NCBI GenBank assembly: GCA_013239625.1
Contig: MU056737.1
Coordinates: forward strand, 4,667,846 to 4,731,845
Origin: Lama guanicoe
Lineage: Eukaryota
Reading direction: 5' to 3'
Length of the DNA stretch: 64,000 nt
Made by a program: the position numbers and the translations under genes. Below the pieces are notes generated by a model. That model did not search any database and was not told the DNA's origin. It saw only the letters and a program-made list of their open reading frames with translations. Shown piece after piece: positions 24,001 to 37,448 of this stretch (position 1 is its first letter; every line of letters begins with the position of its first letter).

Positions 24001-27000
24001 CCCCCATCCCGCCTGCTGGAGCCCCTTCGCTGGGGCTGGGCTGGGCGCCGGCTGAGCCCCTGACTGGGGAGGGGACAGGCCAGAGGAGGCAGGGGACGGC
24101 GGGGAAGAGAAACGGCCCTCGGGCTGAAGTCCCAGGACAACAGGACGTCTCAGGTGATGGCAGCATGCCTGGGGCCTGGAGGGAAGGGGGTCTGGCAAAG
24201 CAGGGGGTGGGGGCCCCGAGTCTGAACAGGAGGCCGTGAGCAGGGAAGCCCAAAGCCATTCTCAGGAAAGGGAACTTGTTCTACACCCCGGACACAGGCC
24301 AGACGGGGAAGGCGGGCTTCTGGCAGCCAGCAAGCCCTGCTGTTCTATTACCAGTCACGAGGGCCCCTCACTGTGTAAGCTGGTCTACACGCCCCACCAT
24401 GCACGTCCACCACCTCCCAGCCCGGGGCTGGGTTCCGGCGGCTGATCCGAGCTAACCGCTCTGCAGGGGTGAGCCGGGTGCTGACGGGTGACCACACAAC
24501 AGCTGGACCCACACGCACGCCACCGGCCCTGGCTACCTGAAGTCCAAGTGACGTGAGGACACGTTCCCGTGCGCCCATGGTCTCTGTTTCTTCTGTTTTG
24601 TTACTATTTTTGTTACTACATTTCTGTAGGCTCTGACTATGACTCAGGTCTCCATCCTAGGAGATCTAAAAAGCAAACTGACCTTGAAAACTGAGACCAT
24701 CTGAGTTCGGCTGTAAAGCAGCCGGACGGTCAACGAACTCTAAGAACAGCCCAGACCGCCTTCAGAGGAGACGGAAGGGCCCGTAAGTGAGGCTCTGAAG
24801 GCGAAGGCCTACCCTGGTGACACTGGGGACAGGTGGGGGCGTAAGGCAATCTGGAGGCTGGAACAGGGGCCTCCCCACCAGCCCAGGGCGCAGGTGCCAG
24901 CCCCCGCCCACCACTGCTGGGTGGTCGCTGTGACGGCACTGGACTGAGGTGATCAAGAGACCCCGGGGTTTCCCTGTGGGGTGGACACGGCAGCCTGTTT
25001 TCCAGGTGAGAAAAGAGTCCCCACCATCCAGGAAGTCAGGGAGCTTGTCAGCACCACCCAGGCCTCCACGTGGAGTGGCCACGAGGCGCCTCCTCAGGGC
25101 CCCACGGAGACCCGCTCCCTCACGTGTCTGACAGGCCCCTCCCGAGTCACCGACGGCGCCTCAGCTCGCTGTCCTGCCTCTGCCTCTGCGCAGCCCGGAC
25201 CTGCCCCCAGCTGGCCGGCGGCAGCCACACTGTGATGGAGGGGAGGGAGACTGATCCCCATGCCCCCTGCTGACTCAGCACCCCGCCGTGCACTCGGACC
25301 CCAGCCCCACACTCCGACCCGATGGCCGGTCCCGGGCCAGCGTCCGTGGGCAGATTCATGTGGCTGGCTCCCAGGACTCCAGAGCATCTGTGCCAGACTG
25401 TGGACCCCGTGATGGGCAGGGGTCTCTGAGGCAATGGGGCCATTCCCTGGTTCCTTTCCCAAGGTCAGGTCTCACAAGCTGAGGGTCCTACTGGACCTGG
25501 GGGTGGTGGGTGGCGGGGAGACAGCGAGCAGGAGGCCAGCCCCCTCCTCTGGCTGGAGGGCCAGAGGGATTGCGAATCTGCTCTGGGTCACACAGCTCCG
25601 TGGTGGGAGGTCAGGCCCCCCGGCTGCATCTCAGTGACGCCCCCAAGCTGGGGCTGCACTCAGGAGTGATGGCCTGGGCTGGGCCCCGGACCCGGCCTCG
25701 TTTAGGACAGATCCAGCGGCACGCGGCAGATCTCCAACAGCACAAGCTGGAGTCTGCGGCGGTCAGTTCTCGCTCACACGGCGCGAACCTAGGGGCCGTG
25801 CAGGGCGGCACCCGGCCTCTCCACCCTCCCACTCAGCTCCCTGGTTCTGCCCTGGGCTCTCCTGACGTCCCAAATATCCTGAGTTCTGCCGTCCGTCCGC
25901 AGTCCTGGCAACAGCAGGGAGCGTTACCCCCTTGGGGGGCCGTCCACCCCGACGGGGCGTCCTTGTGGCCTTGCAGTCAGACCTCAGATCATCTGCTCCA
26001 GGGAGGTGGAAACAGCTCTCCTGGTCGCGGCGCTGGGCGCAGGAGGAGACCGGGGCCCATCGCAGGAGGAAGAGGAAATGGCTCAGACTGGCGGCTGCTG
26101 CTCAGGGGCGGCTCCCCTGCACCCCGGACTGTCTTCCAGGAACGGAGCCGTTAACCTCTCCTACTCACACACCCTTGGATTAAATGAGCTACAGATCAAA
26201 TGTGTTTGAAAACATTTCACGGGGGAAAAGGAGTGCTGCTCACGGAGAGACCGCCATCCTCGCACAGTGGCGTGGCCGCTGGCAGCCGTCCCCGACGTGG
26301 GGGCCCCGCAACCAGCTCAAGGGTCTCGGTGCCTCGCAGAGCTCGATTTGTGAGCCACACACGAGGCTTCTCAGCTGCGCTTCTGCAGGGAAGCTGGGAG
26401 GAGGGAGGGAGGGAGACACACAGTCTTGCTGTGCTTCCAGACTCTTCCTGCTCAAAGCGCCAGGAGAGCGGTTTCCACCTCCCTGGAGCAGACGACCTGA
26501 GGTTTGACTGTGAGGCCGCGTGGACGTCCCGTCAGAGTGGACGGCCCACCGAGGGGGATAACGTGAGCCGTTTAAGCCGCTTTAAGTTCCTCCCAGAGGG
26601 GTCTACCGTGGGGGCTGAGGGGGACCCCGATCCCCGAGTTCTTCAGAGACGAGGGTCCAGATCCCGTGGGATCCCATGGGGCCCCACAGGGCAGACCCAG
26701 TCCGGGCAGAGGGGACCTTCCTTCAGCAGCAGGTAAAATTCTTGCCACATCAACGTGTAACACGAAGCTGAGGCTGACCACTGAGGCGGCTCATAAAGTG
26801 GGTTCAGGCCCTTGCTCCTCTTCATCTGCCCAAAGCAAGGGGCGTTCCTGCGGCAGGGGCTGAGAGACGCAGAGCAAGGATGGAGGGCCCGCCCTGGGGC
26901 TCCGGGCCTCTGCCCCCTCGCCCTGAGCTAACCAACACAGGGGCATTACCACCCTGCCGGGGCCTTCATCCGGGGCCTTTCAATCACCCCTTTAACGGGA

Positions 27001-30000
27001 CTGTCTGGGGGCCTCTGCCCCGTGGGGCGGCGGTCAGTGCTTAGATAGCACGTGCACCACTCAAACAATGAAAGAACATCAGCTGAGAACGTGAATTGTC
27101 CCTTAGTGTCTCCAGATAATCGTGACGTGTGTTTGGAACTCACACGAATGCAGCCCAGGGAGAAAACGCACCCTTGTTTCTAAACCGCGAGTCCACAGGC
27201 ACAGGCGGCCCAACGCCCCGCCTGTGGGCGCCCCGCCCTGTCCCCGGCTGCTGACAGCGGCTCTTCCGTCCTGGAACCGGGACCCTGCTGGAGGTCGGGG
27301 AGGCAGCGGTCAGCCGGGGCCCCAAGGGGAGCCCACACGTGGCGTGAGCTCTGTGGCCTCAGCCTGGAACCTTCCTGAAGAGCTTTCTCGGTCACGGCAG
27401 CTACTTCACCCACAGTCATTCCCGCTCTGAGGCCTTTCCCCGCAGGGCTGCTGCTGCTGCTGTTAGAGGTGCCACCCGCCCCTCTGCGCGCGTCTCCTCC
27501 TTTACGCCTTCCCTTTGGAGGCCCAGGTCTGTGAATCGAGGTCTGGTCAGCACTGCTCTGCACACAGGCCCCAGGCCCTTGGGAGCCTGTTTGGCATTCC
27601 GCCCAACGGCAAAGTCGGTGAGTGCCCCCTCACAGGAAGTCGACGCCGCTGGCCTGGGGAGGGGGTCCACGGGAGCAGCCGCCCTGCTGGGGGTCTCCGT
27701 CTCTTAGTGGCCCAGATCCAGCCCGTGTGGTCCCGCTGCTGGCTGGGCAGTGGCTCTTCCCCGGACGTCCCTCGGGTCTGTGGGAGCCACTTCCTCGCCT
27801 GCCCTGTGAGGGAGGCCACCTGGCCCGCTCAGCGTGCGGGGGCACCTGCTGGAGGCAGCGCCACGCGGTGGGGCCAGCCCCGGACTCGCGGGGCCTGGGG
27901 CTGCAGATGGTGCCCTTTCCAGACCACATGGCCGCCGCCCCACACCCACGTCCCCCCGCTGGCCGTCCCGGTGGGCAACAGCCTTCAAACGGAATCCGGT
28001 CTCCTGTCTCGTCAGACACTCCTTGGAGATGCACCACTTCGCATTTAGGAAAAAGGCAGAGTTCGTACATTCTGAACGTGGCCGTGAATTCTCGTCTGTT
28101 CTCCTATAAGGACTTTCCAAGCTGGGTCTAGACACCTAACCGTGTCCTCTGTGAATGCCTTTCCAGTCTGGAATTAGACATCGTCTATGCAGATCCCATT
28201 TCTGTGTTTTAACGAGGCTTTTAATACCTAACCTCTGCTTTAATATCTCGGTCGTGCGGAGACAACGCGGTGGCAGAGCGGGACTGTGGGCAGTGGCTGG
28301 CGGTCTCCCATGTTTCATCTAAGTGCACAAGCTCTAAATAAAGCGCCACTGAGCGCAGGCGTGGCCCAGGCGGCTCGAGGGGCCGCCTGCCCGCGCTGGC
28401 TGGTGGGTTCAGTCGGCGGCCGGCGGCTCGGGCTCAGGGCTGTTTTATTTTCCGTGGAGCTGCCCCAGGCGACGCAGTCAACGTGGTCAGAATCGGAGTC
28501 CAGAGCAGGCCCCGCCGGCCCTACCCCAAGTTAATCAAGAACCAAGAGGAGGACAGAGGAACCGCGGCTCGTTCGAGGGCCTGCGGAGAAGCCTGGGAGC
28601 CCACCGCCTCTCTCTTAAAGGGGCACAGAGAGCAGGGCCTGACCTCCAGCGCAGAGGGGGTGGCACAGCTCTAGAACACGCCCCGTGAGGCCCAAGCCTT
28701 CAGTTCTTGTATTTTTAAATATAAGTGACATATAAAAATAGACGCTTTCCAGAAGCCGGGCGCAGGTGCAGGTGCCCACTCGGCCCATGGGGGTCCAGGG
28801 GGTGATCTGGGCTCCATACCCCGCCCAGGAGCCCACCCTCCTGTCACCTCCCTAAACAAGCGTTTGGCTCTCGACTGGCTTCCCAGCTGCCCCCGGGACC
28901 TCACGGTTTCCAAGCACAGGTTCCTGCCAGTTCCTCTTTCTCTGCCCAGACATCTTAACGTCGTTCTGAAACCCAGCCACGAACACATCGCCACACACGG
29001 GGTGGCTCAGAACAGCAGAAGCGTCTTCTCTCAGGCCCAAAGCCTGAGGCCAGGAGTGGGCAGGGCCCCCCTCAAGTCCCCGGGGAGGGGCCTCCCTGCC
29101 GCCCCCTCGGTCTGCAGACGCACCCTGCAGCCTCCGCCCTGTCCTGTCCTCACCCAGTGTTGTCCTCTCTCCAGGGACACGGCTGCCCTGCACTCCGGGC
29201 CCACCGACTCCCGCATGGCGTCTCTCAGCCTCGGTTATCCCACCCGGAGCCTCCCGGGCTCCAAACAGGGTGGCTCCCTGCACCCTGGGGGCTGGGACTC
29301 AGGGGTCCCGCTGTGGGACTGAGTCCGACCTCCACACTGGCTGGAGCGCCTGCTCTGCTATGAAGCTCCCTCAGAAGGAGAGAGCCCACTGCCACGGGAG
29401 TCTGCCCTGAAAACTGAGAGTCCGTGTTCACCTCATTCGCTAATTCCTCACACACCGTTGACTTGTTTGCTTTCGACGCATCCATCCTATTTCTTCCACT
29501 AGATTATGAGGTCACTGAGGGCAGGACTCAGGACTTCGTGTTTAAATTCATCTCTATTTTCAGAACAGAAGCCGGCCCCCAGACAGCCAACTGATATTGA
29601 CCGCCTCGCTCTGAAAAGCCTTGAGAATGGGGCCTCTGTTCCAGTGTGTGTGGTTCTGGAGTCCAGTGTGGCTCCTGAGGTTACCACGGTGTGCACGGAA
29701 CGGAAGAATGAGTGAACACTCAATACTCACAGATCGGCAAAAATAATAATAATAATAAAGCCCAGGGCCTCTCATCTGGCTCGAAAACAAAATCCAGTTT
29801 GGAATGCTTTTTAAGAGGGATTCACAAAGCTCGTGTCCATGGGTGCGCTGTTTAGACGCAGGTCCTGGAAGCATCAGGGCCACGGTGCGGTGGGGCCAGT
29901 CCCCGCCGTGCACAGCCAGGCCGCGGTGCAGGCGTGAGTCATGTGCAAACGCACATGGGAGACGGACCCGCTGCGAGGAGCTGGGACCCGGACATGCAGC

Positions 30001-31596
30001 TTCAGGAAGGCTGGACTTTCTCATAAGAAAGCGGAGCATCCGGTCTCTGCGTCCCTTGAGTCCCCGACATCCTCCGAGCTCTGGTTGGGACAGGCTGGCG
30101 CTCTCCTAAGTGAGCTCCGCTGGTGTCACAAGAAAAACAGGCTCTGTGGGCAGGGACGCCGGAGGAGGTCGGGTTGTCACCTGTTGAAACTCTGCTGTGG
30201 GACTTTCCGCCCCAGGGGTGGTGGCACTCAGGCCCTCCGGGTGGGACGGTACACAGCCAGCCTGCAGCGCCCCCGTCCCTTCTCTGGAAGACCCTGTGCG
30301 GCCCGGGCTCGGAGGGCACACAAGTGAAATGCGTCAGTGCACCCAGACCAGCCTGTCTGCCTCGATGGCAGGGACGTGTCCTGGACATTCCTGGCCGACC
30401 CCGCCCGTGTCGGAGTTGCTGGCGGCCGTCAACAGCAGCCGGGCCGGGCTGGCGCCTGGCGGAACTTCACACCAAGGAGCAGTTTCCCAAGGAAGAAACA
30501 CTCACTGAAAACCCTGATAAGTTAAACACAATTCGTCTCAGGCCTCAAGTTCCCTCAACACACGCTTGCACACACTCCCATGTGCAGGAAGGGACCCGCA
30601 CAGCGTCCGCAGCCACAGCGCTTCGTCACTGCCGACGTCACCACCCCAGTGATCTCGAGGCTGAGCCCTGACTGTAGCTCTGGGGTTGTCCTGGGATGAC
30701 GCAGGGTCAGCCGTGTTCTCTCCCAGGCTCACCGTCTAGCTGGGGACAGGACAGCTGCTCTCGCTGAACAGCGCCGACGGCCCTGGGATCCCACCAGCCC
30801 CCGCTCCTGGGGTTGGGGCCCTTCCAGCCCTCAGCCTCCGGGGGGAGGGGGCGTCCAGGGGTCTTTGCTGTGCCCTTCCTGCATTTGGGCACCAGTGAGC
30901 TCCCAGGCCAGCCCCGCGAGTTCTCGTTTCCACATGAAGCTGTGGTGTCGTCTGTGTTACAGGACACTTCCTGGTCCAGCGAAAAACCCGAGCTCAATCT
31001 CAGATGAAGCCAAAAAATCCACTGAGAGGGAGGGCTGCCCAGCCAGGACGCCACCGCCAGCACTTGCCCGCTTCTCGGCTCCCAGGGCCGAGACTCTCAC
31101 TCCTGATTCACGCCAGGGTCTCCCTCTCCTCCTCCCGACCCGGCCTCCCACCCACACCCAACCCAAACCCCCATCAAATCCCAGGGCCTCCCGCAGCCTG
31201 TGTTCAGTTGGGGGGTGGGGGAGGGTGACGGGTGAGCTAGGTGGCCCCCACCCGCCAGCCCACCACTCACCTTCACACCACGTGCACGTCTGACCAGCCG
31301 CCGGGGCCAGGGGTGGGGGGCACCCCACATGTCCTCTCCGTCCCTCCTCCACCCTGGTCCCAGCCCTCGCCGTCTCCTCGCCAGTCTCTGGGCTTCCTGC
31401 TTCTCCCCTCCACCTTGAAGGAAACTGGACAGGCTGCTGTCCCTCCCGGGCCCCACGGCCCCGTTGCCACAAACACATCAGGCCCCTGCTGCCCTCCCGC
31501 CCGTTTCCGCCACCACGCGCGGGCGTCAGGGGCCTCACCACTTCTCTCCTAGAAGTCGCCAGCCCCTCCCGCTTCCTCTGTCCCCCCACCCCCCCA

Positions 31597-31823
31597 NNNN
31601 NNNNNNNNNNNNNNNNNNNNNNNNNNNNNNNNNNNNNNNNNNNNNNNNNNNNNNNNNNNNNNNNNNNNNNNNNNNNNNNNNNNNNNNNNNNNNNNNNNNN
31701 NNNNNNNNNNNNNNNNNNNNNNNNNNNNNNNNNNNNNNNNNNNNNNNNNNNNNNNNNNNNNNNNNNNNNNNNNNNNNNNNNNNNNNNNNNNNNNNNNNNN
31801 NNNNNNNNNNNNNNNNNNNNNNN
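31597..31823. other. Assembly gap (227 N)
   Basis: Run of n with C-rich flanks. Confidence 1.
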
Positions 31824-32110
31824 CCCGCAGCCCCACCTTACGACACAGCCCCGCCCTCTGACTCTGCTTATACCCCCCCACCCCAGCCTGGAGGCTCCTT
31901 CTCGCCTCTGGTACCCTCACAGCCACTCTTCTTTCAAGGAATTTCCATTTCCCCCAACTGAGATTCTCAGAGAAACTTCAGGGCCACCTGACTGTCCCTC
32001 AGTCAGGGAACTTCCGACCCCCGGCAGGCAGCTCGGGGGGCCGGGGGAGATGAGGAAAGGGGGCGTCGGCGGCAGCACCAGAGCAGCGAAGCAGCACACT
32101 TGCACACGCG

Positions 32111-32154
32111 CACGCTCGCACACGACACGCTCGCACACGACACGCTCGCACACG
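32111..32154. repeat. 15-bp tandem repeat, about 3 copies (cacgctcgcacacga)
   Basis: cacgctcgcacacga cacgctcgcacacga cacgctcgcacacg. Confidence 0.95.
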
Positions 32155-33731
32155 TGCCCACAGGCTCACACATCACACTCGTGCGTAGGGAGACGGAAGC
32201 ACAGGATCCTGTAGGGCAGACCCTCCGCAGGGGCAGAGGCGCGTCGCAGGCAGTCGCCCCGCTGCCCGTCCTGCACACGCGGAGCGCTGCTGCGGGTTCT
32301 GCAGACGGGGCCGTCACGGGTCTGGACGTGCTCTCCCAGGAGCCCTGTGGAGCCTCACACCGGAGGAACCTGGAAACTGGGCAGGCCTTCCACGGGCACG
32401 GGGAGCCGTTGAGGGCTCTCCTCCCATCGGCGTCAGGTGCTTATAGCAGGAGACGGAAGGTACAAATCAGCGACCCCTGGTGCCCTTGCTGGTGACCTTG
32501 CTGGCAGGTGGCACTGCCTCCCTGCCGTGCTGCCGGTGGGGACGCTCAGTTAAGTCACCGAAACTGCTCGTCACCCACAGACTTTACTGCAGTCCCGGGT
32601 CCTTAATTCTGCAGTGCGGGGTCACCCCAGAGACAGAGCTCTGGACACGTCCCGTCTGCTGTTCCTCCACGTCCCCTTCCTCTCCTCTCTCCCCTCTCCC
32701 CCATCCCTCACATCCTGGTAAAGTCCTGCCAGCTCGCGGAGGAGGGAGCGCCGGATCCCGGAAGCCCACTGACTCCGGATCCAGGGATGTAAGTGTGACC
32801 CCTAGTGGTCCAGCGGTGGCCACGCGGCTGCATCACAGGGAGGCGAGAGGCCAGTCCTGCGCTGTCCCTCCCGGAGGAGGGCTGGGGTGGTACTGGCCCC
32901 CGGGGCCTCGTGGCATAGGCCACACCCGCGGACGACAGAAGCGAGTTCTCCAGCAGCTCCTGGCCTGGGAACCACCTGCTCCAGCTTCTCCCAACAACGG
33001 TAGGAATTGAGGAACCTGATCACACGCCCACTTCCGTCCCGCACTCACCTGCCTTCCCAGGTCCTTCTTTCACGTAACAGCCGGATGAACCAGAGCCCGT
33101 GAAGCAATGCCCAGTGGGTCCATCAGAAAGTCCCTCTGGTCTCTTCGGCTGTGAGAGGACCCTCGCCAGTTACGCCAAGTCTCCTGTCGGTCACCGTCTC
33201 TGGGACGACTCCGAGGACAGAGAAGCAGTGCCTTCTCCTCCGGGTCACCGCCCCGCAGACCAGCACTGAGGAGACAGGACTAACCCAGGGCAGACCGCAC
33301 CCCCGAAGCCGCCTAAGTCCTGACACTATTTTTGGGGTTGTCGTTGTGGGTTGTCTTCCCTTGAAAGAACAGAACTGATATTCACACCACCCCAAATAAT
33401 AATCCCAGTTAGGCCCAAGTTCCCCTTCAACGACCATGGTTGGTGGCTCCGAGCCCCGCGCCCCCCGCCCCCGGGAGCAGGGCCACAGCAAGGTCTCGGC
33501 AGGAACACGGGGCTGGGATGCTCACGGGTCTTCACCCCCAGGAAGGGAAGCCCGGGACCCCGCCAGCGCATTCCCTCCAGTGTGACAAGGATGACCCCTG
33601 AAGGTCATGCAGCAGCGGGAACCCCAGCTGGCCAGCCCACCCGGGAAGGCCGCCACCACCCTTGTGGAGAAGAGGACGTTGCCGTGCAGCGTCTCCAGGT
33701 GTCGGCTGCGGGGAAGAGGAGTGCCAGGACG

Positions 33732-34110
33732 TGTGACCGTCAATTCCAGTGTCACCTTGCCTGGGCTGAGGGACCCCAGGTGGCCCGGGAACACCATTTC
33801 TGGGTGTGTCTGTGCCCGTGTTTTGGGAGGACGTGGGCGTCTGAGTCGTGGACCAGTAAGCGCAGGAAGAGGCTGCACCAAGGACCAAGGTGGGGGCGTC
33901 ACCAGTCCGTCGAGGGTCAGGACAGAAAGGCGGGGGTGGCGAAGGTGCTCCCTGCTTGAGCTGAGACATCACTGTCTCTGCTCTTGGACACCCGTGCTCC
34001 TGCGCCTTGGCCTCAGACGGGTTGGGACGCATGCTGCCGGCTCCCCGGGCCCCGCCACGCAGACAGCGGGCTCCAGCCCGCACGGAGACGCCAGCTGCTC
34101 CTAACCCTCC
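33732..34110 (+). mobile_element. ERVL solo LTR, MLT2B-like
   Basis: Begins TGtgaccgtcaattccagtgtcaccttgcctgggctgaggga. Contains the MLT2 hallmarks atttctgggtgtgtctgtg and ctgcttgagctgagacatc. Confidence 0.8.
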
Positions 34111-36015
34111 ACGCTACAGGGCACAAGAGTGTCGACACAGCACTTGACGGCTGAGCACGGGGCCGGCTCGGCTCCGTACAACATGTGCACAGAGACCAGG
34201 TCACACAGGGAGGAAGCGGAGGTGGCAGGTCCCCCGGGGTGACGAGAGGCTGGGGCGGAAGGGCTGGGCGCCGTAAGGCACAGGTAACAGCGGGGGAGGC
34301 CTGCTTGGGGGAACCAGGCACAGGGACCCAGGGGACGGTGCCGGCAGGACACGCGCCGAGCCTGACTTGGAGGAGGAGTGACTTCTCCTGGAGAAGAGGC
34401 GTTAGCTCCGCATCCACACAGCAAGCAGAGCACAGCAGCACTGGACAGGGAGGAGCCCCGGGCCACCAGGGAGAGCGGAGCTGGCGGGCAGCTGTGACCC
34501 ACGAGTCCCTCCCCATCTCCTTTCAGCACCCCCGCCCCACCCCCGAGGGACACGGCTCTGGACAGACACACAGACACACACGCACACACAAAGCAACACC
34601 CTGCAGTTGCCATTTTTTCTTTTTAAAATCATACATATTTCATGAAGCTCCACGCCGAGCGTCTTCTGACTTATGGTAATTGTCAACAAAAGCAGAAACA
34701 CAGATGATTTTAACCCTGGAGTAGCTAGGAGTTAACGGCATGAAATTACGTTGTTTTTTCCTTAAGAAAGGGTGGGAAGGTCCAAGTGACTCCACGCATG
34801 AAGCGCTAAGGACCGGAGCGGAGTGACGCCGTCCGCCCGCAGCAGTGCACGCCAGCACCTCGGACCCGGGGACACCCCAGCCGCGGTGTCCGCGTGTGGG
34901 GGCCTGGAGGACTCCAGTGAGACTGATTTCCATATCAAACCCAATTTAGATGAAACGTCTTGGTTAAAAAAAAAAAGGCCAGCCCATCAATAGCCCCTTG
35001 ATTAGATTTTCATCTCCTGAGCAGACAAATATGAATATTTATTACCATGAATGCAGACTTTCCTCTTTCCATTGCTCTGATCTTGAATATTACCCACTGC
35101 TAATTTTTATGAAAATTTGGGCAACATAATGTTTTCACATAAACTGACAGTTCTTGATATAATCCTGTCATTGTCTGGCTGAAAATGACAGCTTCCGCTT
35201 ATTCATGTGTTAACGAGGGATTAAATATTGTTTTTCATCCCATAATCTAAGATGGACTGGAAATTAAAAATTGAACATTGTACATTAGCAGGGCTTTGAG
35301 GACCAGAATTTGTTTGCATTCACTTAGAGAAGATCCGAAAATTAGCAGTTTAACAAGCAGTCCCCTTCGTGTTGCGCGAAGGCAGCACCACGAATCAGCA
35401 CCGACGCCCCAAACCCACTGAGTCCACCAGCTGAACACCAAAACGGAAACAAGCCAGAGACTCGGGGCCCTTTGCCAAAGAAATGAAGTGGCAACGTGAC
35501 TGATACCGCGTCAGATGTCAAGAACTGCTCGGAGGCCTCCCTGCGGGAGGGGAGCGTCTGCCTGGCGCCCTGGTCCTCACATCCCGAGACATGCTTGCCC
35601 TGCAAAACCACCCAGCGGGACCGGCCGGCAGCCAGCACGGCCAGCACCCCCGCACCCTGGACACCAGCCCTCCCGCCAGAGCACCCAGCACCACTGGTGA
35701 CAGTCACAGCCTCTGCACCGAATGGTCACTTCATCACTGTGACTCGGTGTCCCAGATCAAACCACGGATTTGACGGGGTTTTGGACGAACTGCCCCATAT
35801 GCTTCTGAAAACGCACACTGAGTTTCACTTACTTATTTTTATCTCCCCGATCGGCTTGGTAGACCCTTCACTTTCTTATGTGTCGTCTGGCGCAGCACAC
35901 GGCACACAGGTATTTCTCAGAAGCGGACTTGCCCGAAGGCGGTCCTTTGGGGCTAACATATAAAAGGAGCCCCGAGTAATGAGACGTGAACAGGACAGAC
36001 TGGATTACGGGTCCA

Positions 36016-36390
36016 TGTCGGAGCTGAGCTGTGTCCCCTCCAAGTCCCCGTGTTGAAGCCCTAACCCCAGGACCTATAAGACAAGCATTTGGAGACGGGG
36101 CCTTTAAGGAGATAATGAAGGCAAAACGAGGTCCTGTGGGAGGGCCCTGATCCAGCGTGACCTGCGTCCTTACAAGAAGAGGCGATCAGGACACAGACAT
36201 GCACAGAGGGACAGCCACGTCAGGACACGGGGAGAAGACGGTCGTCCGCTCGCCAAGGAGAGAGGCCTCAGGAGAAGCCAACTGGCCGACACTGGGTGTC
36301 AGATCCCGGCCTCCGGGACGGGAGACACCAGACGTCTTCTGTTTAGGGCCCGACTGTGGGACTCACCGAGGCAGCTCTGGGAACGAGCCT
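36016..36390 (+). mobile_element. ERVL-MaLR solo LTR, MLT1B-like
   Basis: tgtgtcccc...tgttgaagccctaacccca...atttggagacggggcctttaagga...gtccttacaagaagagg...aggacacagacatgcacagaggga...gccaaggagagaggcctcagga is colinear with MLT1B. Confidence 0.85.
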
Positions 36391-36966
36391 GGAGGGACAG
36401 CCCCTCGGTGACTGCAGGGTGTGTCACCAGCAGGGGGGGAAGGAAGCAGGTGTTCTTAGTGTAGCATTAGGTCCGGGTGCTTCTCAAGGGAAGGGAGTTA
36501 CCTCTTAAACTTTTTTTTGCTTTATGCTCTCTTTAAAAAAAAAAAAGCTGTGTAATTCAGGGTCTGTACACACGAAGTAGCCTTTAATAGGGCCTTCATC
36601 CCACAGAGACAAAGGGTGAAGTCTGTGCAGACAGGCTGAGTAAGAGTCTGGTGCCCCCGATCCCCGCTCCGCACGGCTTGATGATGCCCCCAGGCTCCCT
36701 GCGCCCACGGTCCTGAGGACTCCCTAATACACGATTACAAGACGTCCCACACAGATGGAGGTGCAGTGTAGGCGCCGCAGCCACAGCCCTGGGAGGGCTC
36801 CGGTCCGTGGTCAGCATCCAGGGAGGTGGGCCCTGAGGCCGAGGCAGAACCAGGTGCCCAGCTCAGCTGCCCGCCCACAGCTGTTGCCCAGCACCTGCCA
36901 GGCCTGCATCTCTCCAGGCTTCTGGGCCCGAGTAGAGGGTGTCCGGGGTCAGGAAGGAGGAATGTG

Positions 36967-37448
36967 TGTAACAGGGAAGAACAAATCTGACCCCATATTG
37001 GATCTGTTTCTTTTTTGTTAATCTTCGTATCTATTGCTTTTACTACAAGTTAATCACTAAAAGGATGTGGCCTATAAGCTTACATTACACATCATGGCCC
37101 ACCTCTGAGAACCTGCCTCCCAGTGATGGGCACTGAGCTGAAACACCTCTGTTCAGCTCACAGGCCACATCCTGACCAGGCCCCGCTGCGAGTGACCAGG
37201 AAGGAGGAAATTAACACGTCCCTTCCGGAGGCTGAGCAGAACCAGGAAACGTCTGACGTGAACCCCTCCCCTTTTAGTATAAGACAAGCCTGAACTCTAA
37301 CTCAGGCAACGTGGCTCTTTGGGACACGAGCCCCCACCTTCTCGGTCTGCTGGCTTCCCAAATAAAGATGCTCTTCTTGTCCCAACACCATGTCTCTCGA
37401 CTTATTGGCCTGTCGTGGGGCGAGCAGCACAAGCTTGGATTAAGTGAG
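36967..37448 (+). mobile_element. ERV1-class solo LTR (MER41-like laurasiatherian family)
   Basis: Starts TGTAACA, with TATAA at 37278 and AATAAA at 37361. The U5-like ttgtcccaacaccatgtctctcgacttattggcctgtcgtggggcgagcagcacaagcttgga follows. No PBS or internal ERV sequence is seen after it, and there is no clear TSD. Confidence 0.8.

Noticed and set aside
36967-37448. STAT1 GAS motif expected in some MER41-family LTRs
   Set aside because: I found no intact TTCNNNGAA by eye. The closest is TTCCGGAGG.
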